From: Phoronis australis
Lineage: Eukaryota > Animalia > Phoronida
Assembly (NCBI GenBank): GCA_002633005.1
Contig: NMRA01000879.1
Span: 31,495 to 95,494, forward strand
Direction of reading: 5' to 3'
DNA: 64,000 nt
This document shows positions 11,440 to 25,500 of this stretch, piece after piece. The notes below the pieces were generated by a model. The model was not told the origin of the DNA and made no database searches. It saw only the letters and a list, made by a program, of their open reading frames with translations. Numbering within the stretch: the stretch's first letter is position 1; each line of letters opens with the position of its first letter. Both the position numbers and the translations under genes were made by a program.

Positions 11440-14030
11440 CAATTAAGTAGTATCTAATGTAAGTATTCTAACACTTAGATATGCTATGACGAATATATAA
11501 AAGCAAAAATATGTACAGATTCATGTATGGAAATCAACGGAACATAAAAATTTACTAACGTTGCTTAGGAGGAATTCATTGAGAACGAGGTCCAGGTTAG
11601 GACTACCATTAAATAATAATGTAACTCTAGTAGGGATATTATTACAAGAATTGAGAGTGTTAACAATTGATTGGTTTCCACCGAGTGCACGAAAGAGTGA
11701 GTCTCTCAGGTATTCGATGAGGGAACATTTGAAGAAAATATGTGGATAAGATTGAGGGTTACCACATTTACAATTTGAAGAGACATTACAAAACTTATGC
11801 CGAAACTTGTCAGAGTTGAGGAAAAGGCCACATCTTGATCTATACAATGCTACTTCGTTATCGCGGGGAAGGTAGGATTTAATCAAGGTTGTTAAGTTAT
11901 CAAAATTGTGAAAAACATTTCCAAAATTATTTTTTATACTCGTAAAAGAGTTGCTTTCCTTAACAGAGACTGGAAGAGAATTCCAGTTATTGATGCACAT
12001 CATGACTGTAGACCTTCTGAATGCCTGACTGAACGACGGAGGAATTGCATATGGGGTGGAGGATCTCACATCATTACGAAGGCCTTGTTTAGTGCATAGA
12101 TCAAATATTTTTTGACAGAGACGTTGTTGGTATTGTTTATTACTTTGAAAGTAAATGTGGTCATGTGTAGATTGCGTCGAGTGGCCACTTGAGACTATTC
12201 AAAACCTTAACACTATTGGATCTCCTGTAAGCCCCGGTTATGTGTAAGGCGGCTTGATATTGTAACTTCTCCAAATGTTGGAGTACACCCATATTGGCAA
12301 ACTGATATATAATATCACAATAATCAATGTGTAGAAGTATAAATGATTTGAACAAAGCTTCTAAATGTGTAGAATTTAGATGACGAGAGACAAGCTCAAG
12401 TGGGTTGATTAGTTCCTGACTTTTTTGTACGAGCTCCCGAACGTGAGGTGTGAATGAAAGTTTTTCATCTTACAGTAAACCAAGATGTCTGTGCGACAGT
12501 TTTCTAGGAATGATTTCATCATTGAGTTTAATGTCATAAAACAGGTCAACAAGGAAGAGAGCATGAATAGATTTGGAGAAGGTGAGCGCATCGCTTTTTT
12601 CTGGTTTAAAATTAATTCTCCATTATTGTGACTAGTAGCTGAGTTTATTTAAGTCGTGTTGAAGCTGCGAATAACTTTCATGGCTGCTCCCTGCGAAGGG
12701 GTAAAAAATTGCTGTGTCATCTGCATAATGGTATGTGCTACATGACAGACTATCAGGAAGGTCATTAATATAAACCAAGAGTGAAGAGGGCCCAATACGC
12801 TACCCTGCGGTACATCTGCGTTTACAAATCCAGGAGGGGATAAAGTTTAAAGTACGCCGTCGACACGAACACAGTATGTTCTATGGGAGAAATATGAAGT
12901 GATCATGTTTAAAGGATTACCAATAATGCCATAGGATCGAAGTTTGTGAAGTAGAAGGTTGTGAGGCGCACAGTCGACCTGACACTCTCCCCAGACTCAA
13001 AATGTAAATGAATCTCATGTACTATTTCAACAAGTTTGCCACGGTGCTGTTCCCAATCAAAAAACAAATTGACGATGATAGATCAAGTTGTTTTGTTTGA
13101 GAAATATAAGAATACTTTGAGCAATGATCTTCTCGAAGATTTTGGATAGGGTGTTAAGTAAAGTTATTGGGCGATAATTTGAAATTTCAGTTTTGGAATC
13201 TTTATTGTGTATAGGGACTATAATTCCATGTTTCCAAGAAGACAGAGATGTTTACCTATCTGAAGAAGTTTGTTTAACATATGGGTCAATGGCATGTTAT
13301 TGAGTTGGAAATCATTTTGATCATCTTGTTGGTGATTAAAGCTGTGCCACCATTCTTATCATTGGGGTAAATTTCATTGAGATACTTCCAGACATCAGTT
13401 TGATTAGCCGGGATATCAGACAACTCACCGAAACAACGTTCACGAAGAAAGGGAAAGTTACCTACGTCAGTTGGTGTAATGTGGCTTTTGTTTGTCAAAA
13501 TTTTGAGAAACAGGTCCCACTTTTCACTACTACTAGAGGCTAGGTTATTATTGTGGTTGATTACTGGAAAAGAGGATTGTTGTGACTGCCGCGTATTTTA
13601 TTGATGATGTTCCAATATTTTTGGAGATTTTGCTTGCGTTGTAAATTTGTTGTAAGAGCTTGTGGCGGTGATCAGCTTTGGCTTGATTTACTAAAGTTTC
13701 TACCAGGCGTGACTGCTCCTTGTATCAGTTGTAGATTATAGTGTTGTTAGATCATCTGAAAGAGCTGTAAAGTCTGTTTCTTGTGCAGATTATGCGTTTA
13801 ATATTATTGTTAAATCACGGTTGGCTGTTGTGTTTAAAAAAACTGTTGAAGTCTTGTCTAAGATAAAATCAGCTTCTCAGTTGAATATTGGGCATTTTGT
13901 CGTTATTCATGGTTCATTGTGGCCGATTTTGTTTCTTTACTGTAGTTATTCATTGTCAGTTATGGAACTGCCGTTTAGCACGTTTACAATGTATTTTACC
14001 CGTTTTGAAAAATAATCTTTCTTGGGCGGC
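11440..14030 (-). mobile_element. Degenerate non-LTR retrotransposon (CR1/L2-like) ORF2 remnant
   Basis: RT motifs VPQGSVLGP and YINDLP..YADDT at ~12715-12815. C-terminal fragments at 12161-12355 (DYCDIIY..LEKLQYQAA..ITGA) and 11521-12069 (WNSLP, CxCG..H.FF.C). Confidence 0.88.
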
Positions 14031-16105
14031 AGATCAAAGGGAGGCTGGGGGCTATAGCCCCCACTTATTTCAGTGCTAAACAGTCCATGTCTTGATGTAA
14101 TAAATTTGGGTTGTGTGCTGTTACAACGAAATAAGTTGTGTGCCTCCGCACAGCAGGTCTCGTGTAGACAGAGGGCGTCGCAGCTGGCGTGCCTCGCTGG
14201 TTCCCTACGTGCCCAGCCAGCACACAGGTCTTACGCAGTATCACAAGCAATTAGTTGATGTACATGTAACCTCGGCTGGTTAAGCTTTACAACAACATGA
14301 AAAAATGGGGGATTATGAACGATATTTAGCCTTGTCGTGCGATTGACGTAGTAACAACTATTTCTTTCCTGCAATAACCTTTAATATCCGCTTGCTTGAA
14401 GAACATCCATACACAAAGAACACTGACCGATTTTACGGGTGCCTTATTCATACTGTATGAATACAGGACAGTATCGTTTAAAAATAAAAAGTCATCGACA
14501 GTAGAAAGATGCATTCTGAAAAGGCGCAATCACAATTTCTGGGATTTACATTTCCTGAACATAATTTTTAAGCACCAGGTTGTCTGTACAGCAGACCACA
14601 TTTACACTTCAGCCATCAGTCATGCCAATTTGTTTGCGTAAAGCACAGTGAAAACCTGTCCTGTCATTATTCAACGGCTCCCGCACAACAGGGGATTGGG
14701 ATTTTAGTTAAAATTTCTCGGCTGAGGGTCGCGCATTAAGTATATTAGATTAAGTGTGGTCCGAAATTTTGTGTGGGAGCGGGGCTGATCTCTTTGTCAG
14801 CGCACAATTACATGTACACGGTGTGGGGATACTACAAAACGCCAACAAGTGACTAGTGTTGATCGGGGGGATTTCATATCCATGAGAAAGGAATTTCGTG
14901 TGTGAAAGAAGAATAATTGTAAGTTGGCAATTCCGAACAATGCACATGAAAGGAACTGAGTTCGTGTCCTTTGCTTTTTACTTTACAACATTCTCCTGTT
15001 TTTAAGTTGTATATCACAACAAGCTGGGCGGATGACCACTGTAACCAATATCTTACACTGACGACTGATTTTGTCCATTCTGGTAGGGTTGGAGGGCAGC
15101 TCTCTTTTGTTCGATAATTGCTCTAATTTTCGATAAGATCGTATCTTATATCCTCACCGGGCTGTGCTGTTAAAAATAAGTTAAGTTATAAAATGTTTGA
15201 ACATAAACCAATGACATTTCTGAATTGCCCATCAAATACTGGTCAAGCTTATATAGTTTTTGAATCACCAAAATCGACCAACTACAATCGAAGTTAAGAC
15301 AATCTATGCTGTCCAAACGTACCAACGTACTGGGTTTGACTGTGTTATAAGCCTGGAAGATAATTTATCTTCATGTTGTCTCACCAGATAAAAGACTATG
15401 CTCTGCAGTTAACAAGGGAGCTAGATGTTACCACACGCTCACAACCGCGATACTGAACGGGAACAACGCCCCCAATGAACTTTAAAAACGTGTCATTTAT
15501 TAATACGACACCAATGAGGTCATTTTCAAACTAGTTCACCTTTAATTTAGACACCCCATTAAATGCGACCCGTGTCATATTTTAATTTAAAAAAGTTACC
15601 CGGGGTCATTGTTCAACACTCAGTGAAAAGGCTTATTGGGGATCCAAGAAAGCACGTCCCGAGTGAGCGGTACGTCTCGTGGATATAATGTACTTGCATC
15701 GAGCGACACGAATTAAATGATAAATTCTTAGTGACTACTTTTTAAGAAAAAAAAAATAAAACGCTCGCATTGGATCGACAAGCGTGCAGCTGCTCAGGCC
15801 CTGACTTTAGAATCTGTCAATGATTGCTTTCTTCTAATAGTTTGATATTATCCCTATCCACAGATTAACTTTTAAAAAAATGGATGTAAGTGCTATATCA
15901 CATGTTTTTGTATGCTTCTGGAAACAATTACACTCTTCGACTTCTTTATATCTAAGATATCGCGCTTTGAATAGGAAAATTTACCCCGTTTGTTTACGTG
16001 ACAATTAGCCGTGTCACGTGACTAGTAGCAGTCTCCAACATGACGTCAAGTTGTCAGCTGCAGTAGCGCGTGCGCCCGGTCTGTAGTATTTTAAAAAGTC
16101 TATGG

Positions 16106-16406
16106 CAGTGCCGGTTTTAGGGTGGGAAGGGGTCATGTCCCCCCTTAAATTCTCACAGACTCCATTTGACAGTTCGGGATGTGAATTGCTGACTGGCATA
16201 TGCACGCGCCTAGGGGTCTCAGTAGCCGGAACGCACCATGTATAGCCTTACAAAAACCTTTTTTTCCAATACTCTTACTTCCCTAAAGTTTAGGCTGGGT
16301 GTGCACGCGCGCTGGAATTGGCGAAATTCTGGTTATTCCTGTGCACTGCCCCCCACTCNCCCGCCCCCCCCCCCCCCCCTAATTCAAAATACTGGATCAG
16401 CCCCTG
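16106..16406. mobile_element. MITE with CAG..CTG ends and a 5-bp TSD
   Basis: Ends CAGTGCCGG..ATCAGCCCCTG. TATGG flanks both sides, and there are internal G/C tracts. Confidence 0.6.
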
Positions 16407-17259
16407 TATGGTCACGGGAAATTTTATTTTTAATAACCAAACTTGAGCCAGAGCACACTGGTAGGTACTTATGTCTTATTGGAACATCACTCGGCGACTT
16501 AATAGGATTGTGAAATATGTAAAAAGCGCAAAAATACCCCTATTGCCACAGGCCAAGGGTCGAGGTTGTCGTGCTTCGTGGGTGTGGGGTCGAGGGGTTT
16601 CAGAGCAGTCCCTCGAATTGCCCAATATAGTTGTTGAAACAAGAATTTGGTACTTTTTTATTGTAGCGCGTCTTTTAGGTGAAATATCTGATCACCGCAG
16701 CAAGAATACCCCACTGATAAAACTGACATTGCTTTGGCAATTTGGACCTGTACAACCGTACGGCGTAACCTGTCACAAGCAAAATCTTTTGTGATAATTT
16801 GGACAAATTGTGCTAATTTGGACCTGTATCGCTCACACAAATCGGTACAACTTTGAAACTGAGGTAATTTGGGAGGTTGGGAGAAGCTGGGCCTGCACAG
16901 CGCTCCCATTTAATTGTGTAAGCACGCGTAATGTTCCAAAACGTGAATTAGCTGAGACAAATCCAAGATGAAGCTTAAATTTGTTTTAAATCCGTTTTAA
17001 AAAGAGATTTTAAGATTGTCTTAGGGCTTTGACTTAAATTCTAAGCTTCAATTTGACTAATTTACTGGAACTAGAATTTTCATAATTGGAAGTCGAGACA
17101 AATCTTAAACTTAAGTCAAAAGTCAACTTAAGTCAGTTCCTTGAAGTGCGCCCAGAGTCTACCTTACATGCAAACTTAGGTACTTTCTTGTCCACTCCTA
17201 CATGTAGATGAACATCGGCGGGCTGTAAGGTATTTTTTGAAAGAGTAACAGCCACTTAC

Positions 17260-17332
17260 GCTTGTGTAACGATACGTTCCATACACGACATTGCCACTGG
17301 AACACTCTTGTTTGGGACAGACGTAGTCCGAG
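17260..17332 (-). CDS. LCCL gene A exon 3 (73 bp): SDYVCPKQECSSGNVVYGTYRYTS
   Basis: Acceptor ttttAG and donor GTAAGT. Homologous to 37596-37668. Carries the LCCL CP..C....V.GT..Y motif. Confidence 0.92.
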
Positions 17333-18890
17333 CTAAAAGATCAATGAGAAGCATTACTTTTCAAAAATACCACAATATGCATCATACAACTGGATAAAAT
17401 GTACATGTACATGAAGTGTTAAACATAATGTCAAAGATGCATTTTCCCCTCTTTAATCTACGAAATACGAAAATCCAGCTTCATGAAATTGGTCTGGTAA
17501 ATGAAGTGTTCCTTGTGCTTCCCTACCGGTATCAATAATAAAATTCAAAGAATTATCGGCTCAAGAAACGCTTCTTCAGAGCTCTTTCTAGTGAATTAAT
17601 CCTGACATTGCGGATTTAAAACTGACGCATGTACACACTTCCATTGACCGGAGTTGCCTGCTCAATCGCCAGCAGTCGGGTGAACTTGATAATGTTTCAA
17701 ACTCCAAACCACTTAGTTTTAGAAAACAAAAGACTTCTAGTTGGAACTGCAGCAGTTCATTTACTAGAAAACGTTGGAGCACACAATGACACAGAGTGTT
17801 AAGTTTGGAAACGGGTTTTAACACGGTATGTGATACTACAGAAATATGCACATTTCTCTAATTTGGTAATATTTGATCTCCGAAATCGCCAACCGAATTC
17901 GTAAGAAACTCTGACCGATTTTTTTGTGCACGTTTCTCCAAATTTTTAAACGGTTCAATTTTGCACTGAATTTATCAAAAAGTTTTGTCGTTTTTATTAA
18001 GCGCCAAAATTACATGAATGAAAAACGAACTGATAATTTAGAAAACTGGAACCGTGTTTTTGAGATTGAACCTTGAGAATTTGTATTAAATGCATTGCAG
18101 TGATGTTACCGTTCTTTTGCTAAGACAGCGCGTTTCTTTTCTCTTAATTTCTACGAATAGGACATGGACATTCAACCCATTGGGAAATTGGTAAAAAGTC
18201 AAAATCGAATTCTACAGACAATATATGTTTACGGGTATCGACATGCTTATTTAAAGAAATCAAATTTGTTCAATTTGACTATGGCATTAAAAAATCCTTA
18301 AGTCCTCAAAGTGTACCACTTCCAGTCTTGAGGAATTCCGTTGACTTATTATAATTACAGGACAGGCGGACGCCCTCTGCTGTGCTTTCGCAATACACGA
18401 CCCATGCATGCAGCAGCGATCCAAGCACGAGAGGAAGCATATCTCCCTCCTCCGTGTATACTAATTGAAAGATAACATGGCTTAATGAACATGATTTTGA
18501 AAGACTATTCAAAACTTTCACTATCTTGACCATCTGCATTCAAAAGGTATCTGTGCACCACCTACGGCGTTGGAACAACCGTTTGTGCAGGGGTTGTTAA
18601 GTTTCTCCTATGTACACGTACTTCTCTTCACAACTGTCCTCCTCACAACGAACGTGATTTATTTCCCCGCGAATACTGTCTTTTAATACGTTTGTCCTTA
18701 GGATGTACTACCGTATGCCTTAGAATCGGAGAGAAACATCGAGCTAATAATCAGACTCAATTAATGAACGCCTCAGCTTTTAAGAAACCTTAGCAACGGT
18801 ATGATTGTCAATGCGTAGCATGCTTTTAAGTGCGTTAATCCTGGCCCACCGAGGATGTCCGCCATCGGACAATGCACATATGTATCAAAG

Positions 18891-19218
18891 CAGTGGCGGA
18901 CCTAGGATATCATAAAGGGGGCCCAACATCTCAAAATGTTGCTTCGGGGAGTTAGGCAAAGCGCGAGTGTAAACGCACAGGCGGCCCGAAAGTTGCGGGG
19001 GCCTTGGATGTGAACGTTCGGTTCAGGAAGTCTATAGGTTGACTAAGAAAAGGAAACGCTATTCGGCGCAATCTGGAATCTTAACCCCCCCCCCTGATAA
19101 AGTGCCGGTTCCTAAACCCTGAACCCAATATTTTCTCCCTGTTCACACTGTTGCTGGTTGGTGTTTCATTTCGCTTGCGGCAGCCAAGGGTGGGGGCGCC
19201 CCTTTAAATTCGCCTATG
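18891..19218. mobile_element. MITE (CAGTGGCGGA..TTCGCCTATG)
   Basis: Imperfect TIRs. Flanks CAAAG/GAAAG match at 4/5. Confidence 0.55.
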
Positions 19219-20460
19219 GAAAGTGTTATTTCTCCAACTCTCTACTCGACTGCATGGTAACTATTACCCCCGTCACACCAGAGGTGCGGTGCCCTTACAG
19301 TTTTTGGTCAGAACCGCCATCACGGCAGCAACATCCTCAATAGTGTTTCATAATTTTTCCCTACCCGCCTACATGTGTTTTTCTTCCCGCCACGAGATCG
19401 CTGTACGGTCGCCAGTGTACGTTTTCGGCGATTGCACTTTGGTTGTACTGCCACGGCGATGATGACGGCGTCGCGGTGATCCCACTGCGGATTGGCCCGA
19501 CCCGCGGTGGCACTGTGGATGTTTTGAGCGCAGCATTCTTGACACACCTTCGTTTCCAAGTCGTCATTTTTCCCGACAGACACCTCGTTGTCGGGTAAAA
19601 TGTATTGCTTGTTTGTTTGTTGTCATTTCCCAAGGGGGCGGAGCTTGCCATATGTCGATTCCTAGGACGTGCGGTATAACACGATACTTGTGGATGAAAG
19701 GCCATCGCCATACATTGGACGGTGTGCGTAAACTCCATGTACATTTTACAATAAATTTGGGATCTTGAGTTAGTACCTCAGTCCAGTTGAACATATTTAA
19801 TTTCTTTGATTCCAATTTTTCCCATTTCAAATGTATAATTTTCAGATAGTTGACAAAATAAATAGACTTCGCTGCGAGATCTTACATAACCTTGAATTGT
19901 TACTACCATCTTAATCACTAAGGTCGGATCATGGAAGCCTATGAACGAATTTAAAGCTTACTAATCCCAGTGATGTCGTATTTTCCGATTTCTTATTTTG
20001 CAAAAATTGCAAACCAAACGCGTAAAGATTTGACTCTATTTCCAGCTTACGCATACAAACAGCGCATCTTCGTTCTCCCTATTTCATCTTTATTTAGTTG
20101 AGAAAAGCATAAATTCTTAGTGTAGAGACGTTTCAACTGTTGCGATAGTTACTGCATTGAGATTATGTTTTATTAGTACTCCTAACCATTCCCTGGAAGT
20201 GCTTTTGCAAATCAGTGTATCTTAAAATGTGTTAGATTTGCCTTGTCAAACTACGAATGCGGACCACTCACTCCTTAATTACAGCCACTGCACGTGACTG
20301 TATGTGTGTTTTTTAGGGTTATCAAATTACCTTTTATATGTTGCAAATACGAACATGTATACAAAGTTCATATACAAACAAGATTTTGGTGAATTTATGA
20401 GGAGAAGCAGTTAGTGTTAATGGACTTGGAACTGATAGATTTTAATATAATGAAGCTTAC

Positions 20461-20530
20461 TTATCTTGCTTGTCATGGAACTTAGTGTTACACGTTATAG
20501 TCGACGCGGATAGAATCTTCACAATGCAAC
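20461..20530 (-). CDS. LCCL gene A exon 2 (70 bp): CIVKILSASTITCNTKFHDKQD
   Basis: Acceptor tttcAG and donor GTAAGC. Same length, same phase and clear homology to plus-strand exon 35011-35080. Confidence 0.9.
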
Positions 20531-20565
20531 CTGAAATGATGAATCACAGTTTAACGATAACAATA

Positions 20566-20810
20566 CATGCGTGCACCCAGGGGGGTTAGGCTCTTCAGGC
20601 TCGAAGGAGCCCCTCCCCCCATTTGGCGAAGTGGGCAAAAAGGTATGCCTCTGAGAGACAAAAAGTCTGAGAAAATGAGGAAAAAGTCCACTAAACATGC
20701 TCAAACGCGCAAATCGCGGTGGTGTTCCCGTTTCTTTTATCAGTCCGCCTGCTCTTTTGTTAACAAAAGGAATTCGAGCCATCCCATATTGAATGCTGGC
20801 AGCGCGCATG
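20566..20810. mobile_element. MITE (CATGCGTGC..GCGCGCATG) with a perfect 5-bp TSD CAATA
   Basis: Short TIRs, with CAATA at 20561-20565 and 20811-20815. A related copy lies at 51948-52203. Confidence 0.7.
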
Positions 20811-22659
20811 CAATAAATTCTGACCATTTACTACATTTTGAGGAATCAGGAAAATAGAGAAAAAATGTTGGTGAGGGAAAAGGGCCCAGGGAAGGAAAGT
20901 GGAGGACTGTGGGTTGGGCGGCTCCTTAATGTTCATGATTATGGTATACAATGAATGTAGAGTCATTGAAAGAGAAGGGATGTACTTGAAAGGACATGAG
21001 CCAGGAATCGTGGGAGAGAGAGAGGTGGGGAAATGGAGTACGCTATTTACTGTCCTTTACTAAGTGTGAGAAATGGATTTGCAATGCATGTGCATTTAGG
21101 AACCGCTACTACATGTTTCTGTACCCAGTAGAATTTCACTTCAACAGGCACAAGGTGAAAAATACTAGGGCGATCGTAAATATATTTGATACTTAAATAG
21201 AGCAATTAATTTCATTTTACTAAATACAAGCGTCTTCGTGAACGGTATTTATGTTTTTTAATGTCTCTCTTGTTTTAGAGAACAACACACTGTGCCTGAT
21301 TAATTCTATTCTGCGCGAACAAGTTTACCATGAACAACCGTTCAAGTATTTCCGGGCGCTATCTTGCTGTCAACGACAAATTTGTTTCAGTGTAGAGCTG
21401 CATCAGAAGAATTCTTTAATCGTCACACAAGTTGTATCTCTTAACGTCTTTTTATCTTCAAGCATGTGTTGCCGAGATAAAAGTTCAAATACTGAAGAGG
21501 TAACAACATAGTCGCCCTGAGGGAGCATACATGTAAATTTATCCGAAAGAAATAGTTCCTTCACATGATGGTTTCTAGTTTTTTTAATCATACCTGAAAC
21601 AAACGTTTTATATGACTGTGGTTCCTTCTTTGCAGCAAACAACCATAGTTAATAAAAATAGAGTGTTAGAGTTTTCCATTTGAACGGCAGCGCACCAACT
21701 TTTCTCACAAGAATCAGTGAACTTAGTGACTGGATAGCTCGAACTCGATGGTAAAGTCCGACAATATCTGCTCTATATACGCACATGTAAGTCTACCTGA
21801 GAGTCTTGAAGTATTGGGATCTCAACCCGTGTTCCTGCACACCAAGGACCTGTTTGTTCATCTGCATATTTAGCCGATGCTTGACATTTTTTAAAACATT
21901 TTATTTCTTTGGGTTAACAATTTTTACAATTTACCCCCGCCTGAAACTCTTTGAAAAATTTTGACAGTGCAGTTGCGTTCCACAATCTCTTTATTGTTTT
22001 CCATTGAGTTGGCAATACTACCCTCATCTGACGCATTGTATTTGATATTGACAGTTTGTACTACCACATTTCCCTCATATGCGTGTAAGTTATGCCCATG
22101 TTCTAAATCCTATTGAAATTAAGCACGCAAAATGTGAACCATTGCGCGAAGTCTTGTGCAGGAGTTGGTGAGCACAATCTGAGTCCAATCAAAGTCGGAG
22201 AAAAGTCGGACGTGCTCTACCTGTATCTAAAACCACAGATGGTGCACTACATTTGCGTTCGAGGATATTCGTGGTGCATTTTGCATCCCTTATAGTTGTA
22301 TTCAATATCCGATGATGGTTAGTTATGCAGCAGGTGTGCTATAAATGTTTTGAAGAAGATCGCAGGGGTCCATGATAATGGCGAGAAGGTGAAAATAACC
22401 TTAATGGACACACAATGGACAAATCACTTCGTGTTTGAGCAGAAACGACAATCTAGCTGTTGGTTAATCTCATTTGCAGCGTTATTGCTGAAAACAAAAC
22501 TAGCTTATATGCATATCGTAGTTGATATTCATCAATTGCAACTAACAGAATAGGGTTAGAGCCGCAATAACTTGTGGCGTTTTATAGAAATAGGCTGTGT
22601 AAGGAACTGGAATAACACGGTAGATAATTAATTGCATACGTGCACATGCGATTACTTAC

Positions 22660-22708
22660 ATATTAGAAGACATGCGAAAACGATACAGCCCGTCTTGGTG
22701 GTCGCCAT
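22660..22708 (-). CDS. LCCL gene A (minus strand), coding exon 1: signal peptide MATTKTGCIVFACLLI
   Basis: ATG lies in an aagATGg context. The exon has 16 codons +1 nt and a GTAAGT donor at 22659-22654. Its phase joins exon 20461-20530 to give MATTKTGCIVFACLLICCIVKILSA. It has no sequence similarity to exon 1 of gene B, so it is less certain than the other exons. Confidence 0.65.
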
Positions 22709-25324
22709 CTTTGAATTTGCGGTGTATTTCCGGGTCCAAAGATCCGCGGAACGAATATGCCGTGAACTCTATTCAGTGCAAAACAAATTATCAAAAGCAC
22801 GAGCTCGTGTAATTTCGGTGAATTCCAAACTCAAAATTGCAGGAATATCCAACTTCCAATTAACGTTTCCGTGTTACATGTAGTGTGTTACTGGTGTTGC
22901 CACATTTCTTAAAGGTGTTCTGTTGTCAAGCACTTTAGATCCTTAGCGTGACCCCATTGTAACACTAAACGCCTTGTGTTTTATCCTCCAAGATAAGGGC
23001 TTTAAATTTTGATTATCAATTTTAACGATAGAAGGACCGAGCAGCAACGGAAATCCCCCCAGTAAAGTGTGAGTGCCAAGTGTCAGTTGATGCTCATGTG
23101 ACGATATTGGCTCAAACCTGACCGCAAGCAGCGTGTAACTACACGGAAGTGCTGGAGCAAAAAATTGACAGTCACAATTTCTGTTAACATAGTCAAACGT
23201 AGTGCTCTCAGACTAAACCAGTAAAATGAAACGGCCATTGATTGGCAAGCTTAATAAAATACCGGCAATTAAAAATACAACCCAAAGTACAGTAAAAAAA
23301 TAAGCGTGGTGTCATGTATGTTACATCTACCTTTTTCCGCACATTTAATTTACACCAGGTAAAATGTTGTCCTTTGGTCTCAATAGGATGCTGTTTGTTT
23401 AGTTAGCCCGTGAGAAAATAGACAAATAGACGGTGAACTTAGCGGTATTCTTTAAACAGCAAGGAAGACAGACTTAACGATTTTGATGGCGTTAGTTAAG
23501 ATATTTACATGCCTTTTTAGAAAGTTTTGGCCGGTTGCACATAAAAACGAAGTAGAAAGTTCTCTGAATCTTGAACTCATAGATGTCTTTTTGTGCACTC
23601 AAATTTTATGATTTCCCAATATTTCTTCCTTATTTCGAGCCGCTGTCTTACTTATTCCAGAAATACATCCGGAAATTGGGCCATTATTTTGTGAAAAGTC
23701 CCTACTCCATAAATCATATACCTTGCATGAAAAACGACCTAATGTGTTTTGAATATGTTCTATTGGTTTCAGTGGTTTTAGAATTTGCACAAATAGATTC
23801 GTATCATGGAAATGTGCAAGTTCTTATATTTTAACTTATATGTATCACTTCCTTAGAATATAATAGTTTGTGATATCAAAAACGCTCCCCAAAATGGGTA
23901 CAGAATAAATGGTTTTAACGGTTTGAGTATCAGTTTGATTCCCCTTTGGGTTTACATGTACATGTACCTCTTAGAAACGCCGATATTTCTCGTGTGCAAT
24001 TATACAAAGATACAAGGATTTTGGTGAGATTGTCCTCGCTTTTAGCCAAAAAGCAAGAGTTCTCAAGAATTATCATACGTAAGTGCTGCCTTTTAAGCCA
24101 CATGACCACAGCAGGCGGGCGTTGTAATGGCGTGAGAATATTGCGAAAACGCAAGATCACGCAGAACTTCGCGAGACATTGCTTTGTAGTACAAGTAAAT
24201 TACTTAATTTCAGTACCTTCCTTCGCGGTATTCTTGTGCCTACGGATCTCACTCCAGCTGTACTCGCCAGATTTTTTGAAAATACACAGTTATGAAAAAC
24301 CAGTTCGTCCTGCTCTGGTGCATACTGTACATGTAGATTTCGGCGGTTCCAAAATTTGCTCCAAATTTTAAAATTGTCATTTTAGCCAACTTATAATATA
24401 TGACACTTTTTCGACCAATCTGTTTATTCTTCATGCAGGACATTCTCGTGTGTTTTCGATTACCACATGTCTCTCAGAAAAATAACTTTTTTCGATTGTG
24501 GTTATAATTGTGCGGAAACGCCACTTATGATGCCCTAACTTGGGGGTCATAACCCCAAAAGTTAAACGCGTCTGCTTTCTGAAAGGTGGCGTGCATATAA
24601 TTAATAGAAACCGCGTTGTAAGAAGAATGTTAGTGCTTCATTGACGTTGTCGGTGTGTCTTCTGTCTAGAATTCTGGAGTACTTTGATTGACTGCATACA
24701 ATAATCTCTGACAGCATTACTGAAACACTATCAAAGTCAGAAAATCGTAAATCAGAAGCAGACTAGAGGGTTAGAAGAAGGGTTTTAACAAACATTGCGT
24801 GCGAAAAGGATTAAGGATCCACGGAGATATTGCACTAGAACAGAAACATTAGCCAGGTCTGTGCCAACTGAAAATTCATGTCATAAGTAACTAATCTAAA
24901 ATACAGAGATTTCGAGGACAGGGACTATAGGCACCGTGCACACAGGGCATGTTTTGGTGAAGTGAAAGATACTTTTTCTAAACGTTTGTGGTACGCAGTA
25001 ACTAATTTTAACCCATGTTATGCAGAAACCAAGACACAAATTTCATAAATTTCACGAGAACGCGTTGGTAACGCAGCACTCACTCACGGAGGTCACTCTA
25101 AATACAGGGTATATCGTGCATTGATTATTGGCGTAGGAAATATTGGATGGTTTTGGACCACGGACAGTCTGCTAAATGTTCAATTTCATTCTAAACCGAA
25201 GGTTACATGTCGAAACTTGTTTTAATTAACTGAAAATTAATTGATCATATCAACACCCAGGAGCAAGGAGCTTATCTCCGCACCCCTCTTCCTACGCCTA
25301 TGTCCGGCGATAAGCCAAATAAGT

Positions 25325-25500
25325 ATATCACGAATAAAATGTATTTTGATGGTCAAGGTACACCATGAATAAAATGTACCTGGATATCCAAAGGAGGTCA
25401 CTATGAATAAATCTACCTTGATATCCGAAGAAGGTCACAATCAATAAAATGTACTTCTATGGGTAGAAAAAATCACCATAAGTAAACTGTAGCTTCAATC
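25325..25500. repeat. Degenerate ~36-bp minisatellite, about 5 copies
   Basis: Recurring unit resembling tcacYatgaataaaatgtacc-tgatatcc. Confidence 0.7.

Noticed and set aside
17620-17690. Candidate minus-strand exon matching the 66-bp cassette of gene B
   Set aside because: No homology and no compatible phase.
25325-25500. ~36-bp periodic repeats as a CRISPR array
   Set aside because: The units are degenerate tandem copies with no unique spacers or cas genes, in a eukaryotic context.
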